Source of the DNA: Patescibacteria group bacterium
Lineage (GTDB): Bacteria > Patescibacteriota > Patescibacteriia > Patescibacteriales > WJLG01
Assembly (NCBI GenBank): GCA_041652555.1
Contig: JBAZHE010000001.1
Location: 2,847 to 66,846, forward strand
Direction of reading: 5' to 3'
DNA length: 64,000 nucleotides
Both the position numbers and the translations under genes were made by a program. The notes below the pieces were generated by a model. The model did not search any database. It was not told where the DNA came from and worked only from the letters and a program-made list of their open reading frames with translations. This document shows, piece by piece, positions 63,261 through 64,000 of the stretch (positions are counted from its first letter, which is position 1; each line of letters starts with the position of its first letter).

Positions 63261-64000
63261 ATGAAAGAAGAAAAGAAAGTTCTCGCCCCCAAGAGCGATT
63301 TTGAAAAACTTTTAGACAAAAGTGAGCTAGGTATTCCTGCAACTAACGATACTGTTCACGGTGTGGTTTTAGCCGCTTCTAAGTCTGAAGTTCGCTTGGA
63401 TTTGGGTGGTATTCGTACCGGTGTCGTTCGAGGTCCGGAGCTTTATTTGGAAGCTGATGAATATGGAAAATTAAAAGTTGGCGATAAAATTGATGCCATT
63501 GTTATTGAACAAGAAAACGAAAATGGCGACGTAGAATTGTCTTTCCGTTTGGCCGGACAAGAAAAGGCCTGGGATACTTTGCGTGAAGCTTATCATGACA
63601 AAAAAACCGTCAAGGTTCGCGTAGTGGACGGAAATAAGGGGGGTCTCTTGGTTCGTTTCCGCCAAATTTCTGGTTTCTTGCCGGTATCACAATTGGCGCC
63701 GGAAAATTATCCGCGCGTGGCTGGTGGCGATAAATCAAAGATTTTGGAAAAATTAAAATCTTTTGTCGGCCGTGACTTTGAAACTAAATTGATGACTTTG
63801 GATGAAAACGACAATAAAATTATTTTCTCTGAGAAAGAAGCTTGGAGCGAAACCCAGAAGGATGTTATTTCTCAATACCAGCCAGGTGCTATTATTGAAG
63901 GAACTGTTACTGCCGTCACTGACTTCGGCGTATTTGTTTCTTTCGGCGATGGCATGGAAGGCTTGATTCATATTTCTGAATTGGCCTGGAAAAGAATTGA
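63261..64000 (+). CDS. rpsA: 30S ribosomal protein S1 (3' end off-window)
   Basis: The frame is open from ATG 63261 to the window end. It contains repeated S1 domains (VHGVVLAASKSEVRLDLGG..., GAIIEGTVTAVTDFGVFVSFGDGMEGLIHISE). Confidence 0.88.
   Translation, partial: MKEEKKVLAPKSDFEKLLDKSELGIPATNDTVHGVVLAASKSEVRLDLGGIRTGVVRGPELYLEADEYGKLKVGDKIDAIVIEQENENGDVELSFRLAGQEKAWDTLREAYHDKKTVKVRVVDGNKGGLLVRFRQISGFLPVSQLAPENYPRVAGGDKSKILEKLKSFVGRDFETKLMTLDENDNKIIFSEKEAWSETQKDVISQYQPGAIIEGTVTAVTDFGVFVSFGDGMEGLIHISELAWKRI

Overview
This is an AT-rich bacterial chromosome segment that uses the standard genetic code: TGA terminates trpS and the first hydrolase gene. Gene content and shortened housekeeping proteins suggest a reduced-genome Patescibacteria/CPR-like organism, but that is inference only. 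Housekeeping genes present are trpS, tRNA-Val, tRNA-Ile, valS, pheS/pheT, uvrB, iscU-nfu-iscS, holB, frr, rseP, a cyclophilin, rlmN, uvrC, a UvrD-like helicase-nuclease, ruvB, queA and rpsA. They flank a surface-glycan island of about 24 kb (21.3-45.6 kb). The island carries a polyprenyl-phosphate sugar transferase, gmd/fcl, a GT11 fucosyltransferase, about ten further (putative) glycosyltransferases, three methyltransferases, an acetyltransferase and a Wzx flippase. A second trio of GT2 genes lies at 52.4-55.2 kb. I saw no CRISPR array, transposase, integrase, phage gene or recognisable defence gene. The most unusual signal is a family of GC-rich double-hairpin repeats of about 45-50 nt, with 7 copies. 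Four copies sit in short intergenic gaps. Three are embedded in protein-coding genes without breaking the ORF: two in uvrC, read in two different frames, and one in the helicase. This resembles Rickettsia palindromic elements. Other points worth a second look: a tRNA-Ile with anticodon UAU, a TRAX/translin-like protein, a glutaredoxin-like plus ferredoxin:thioredoxin-reductase-like gene pair, UvrB and UvrC lacking their usual interaction domains, a membrane protein with a (GCC)n-encoded Ala/Val/Met tract, and a second small palindromic repeat family that abuts start codons. All family assignments come from motif recognition by eye; no database search or RNA folding was possible.
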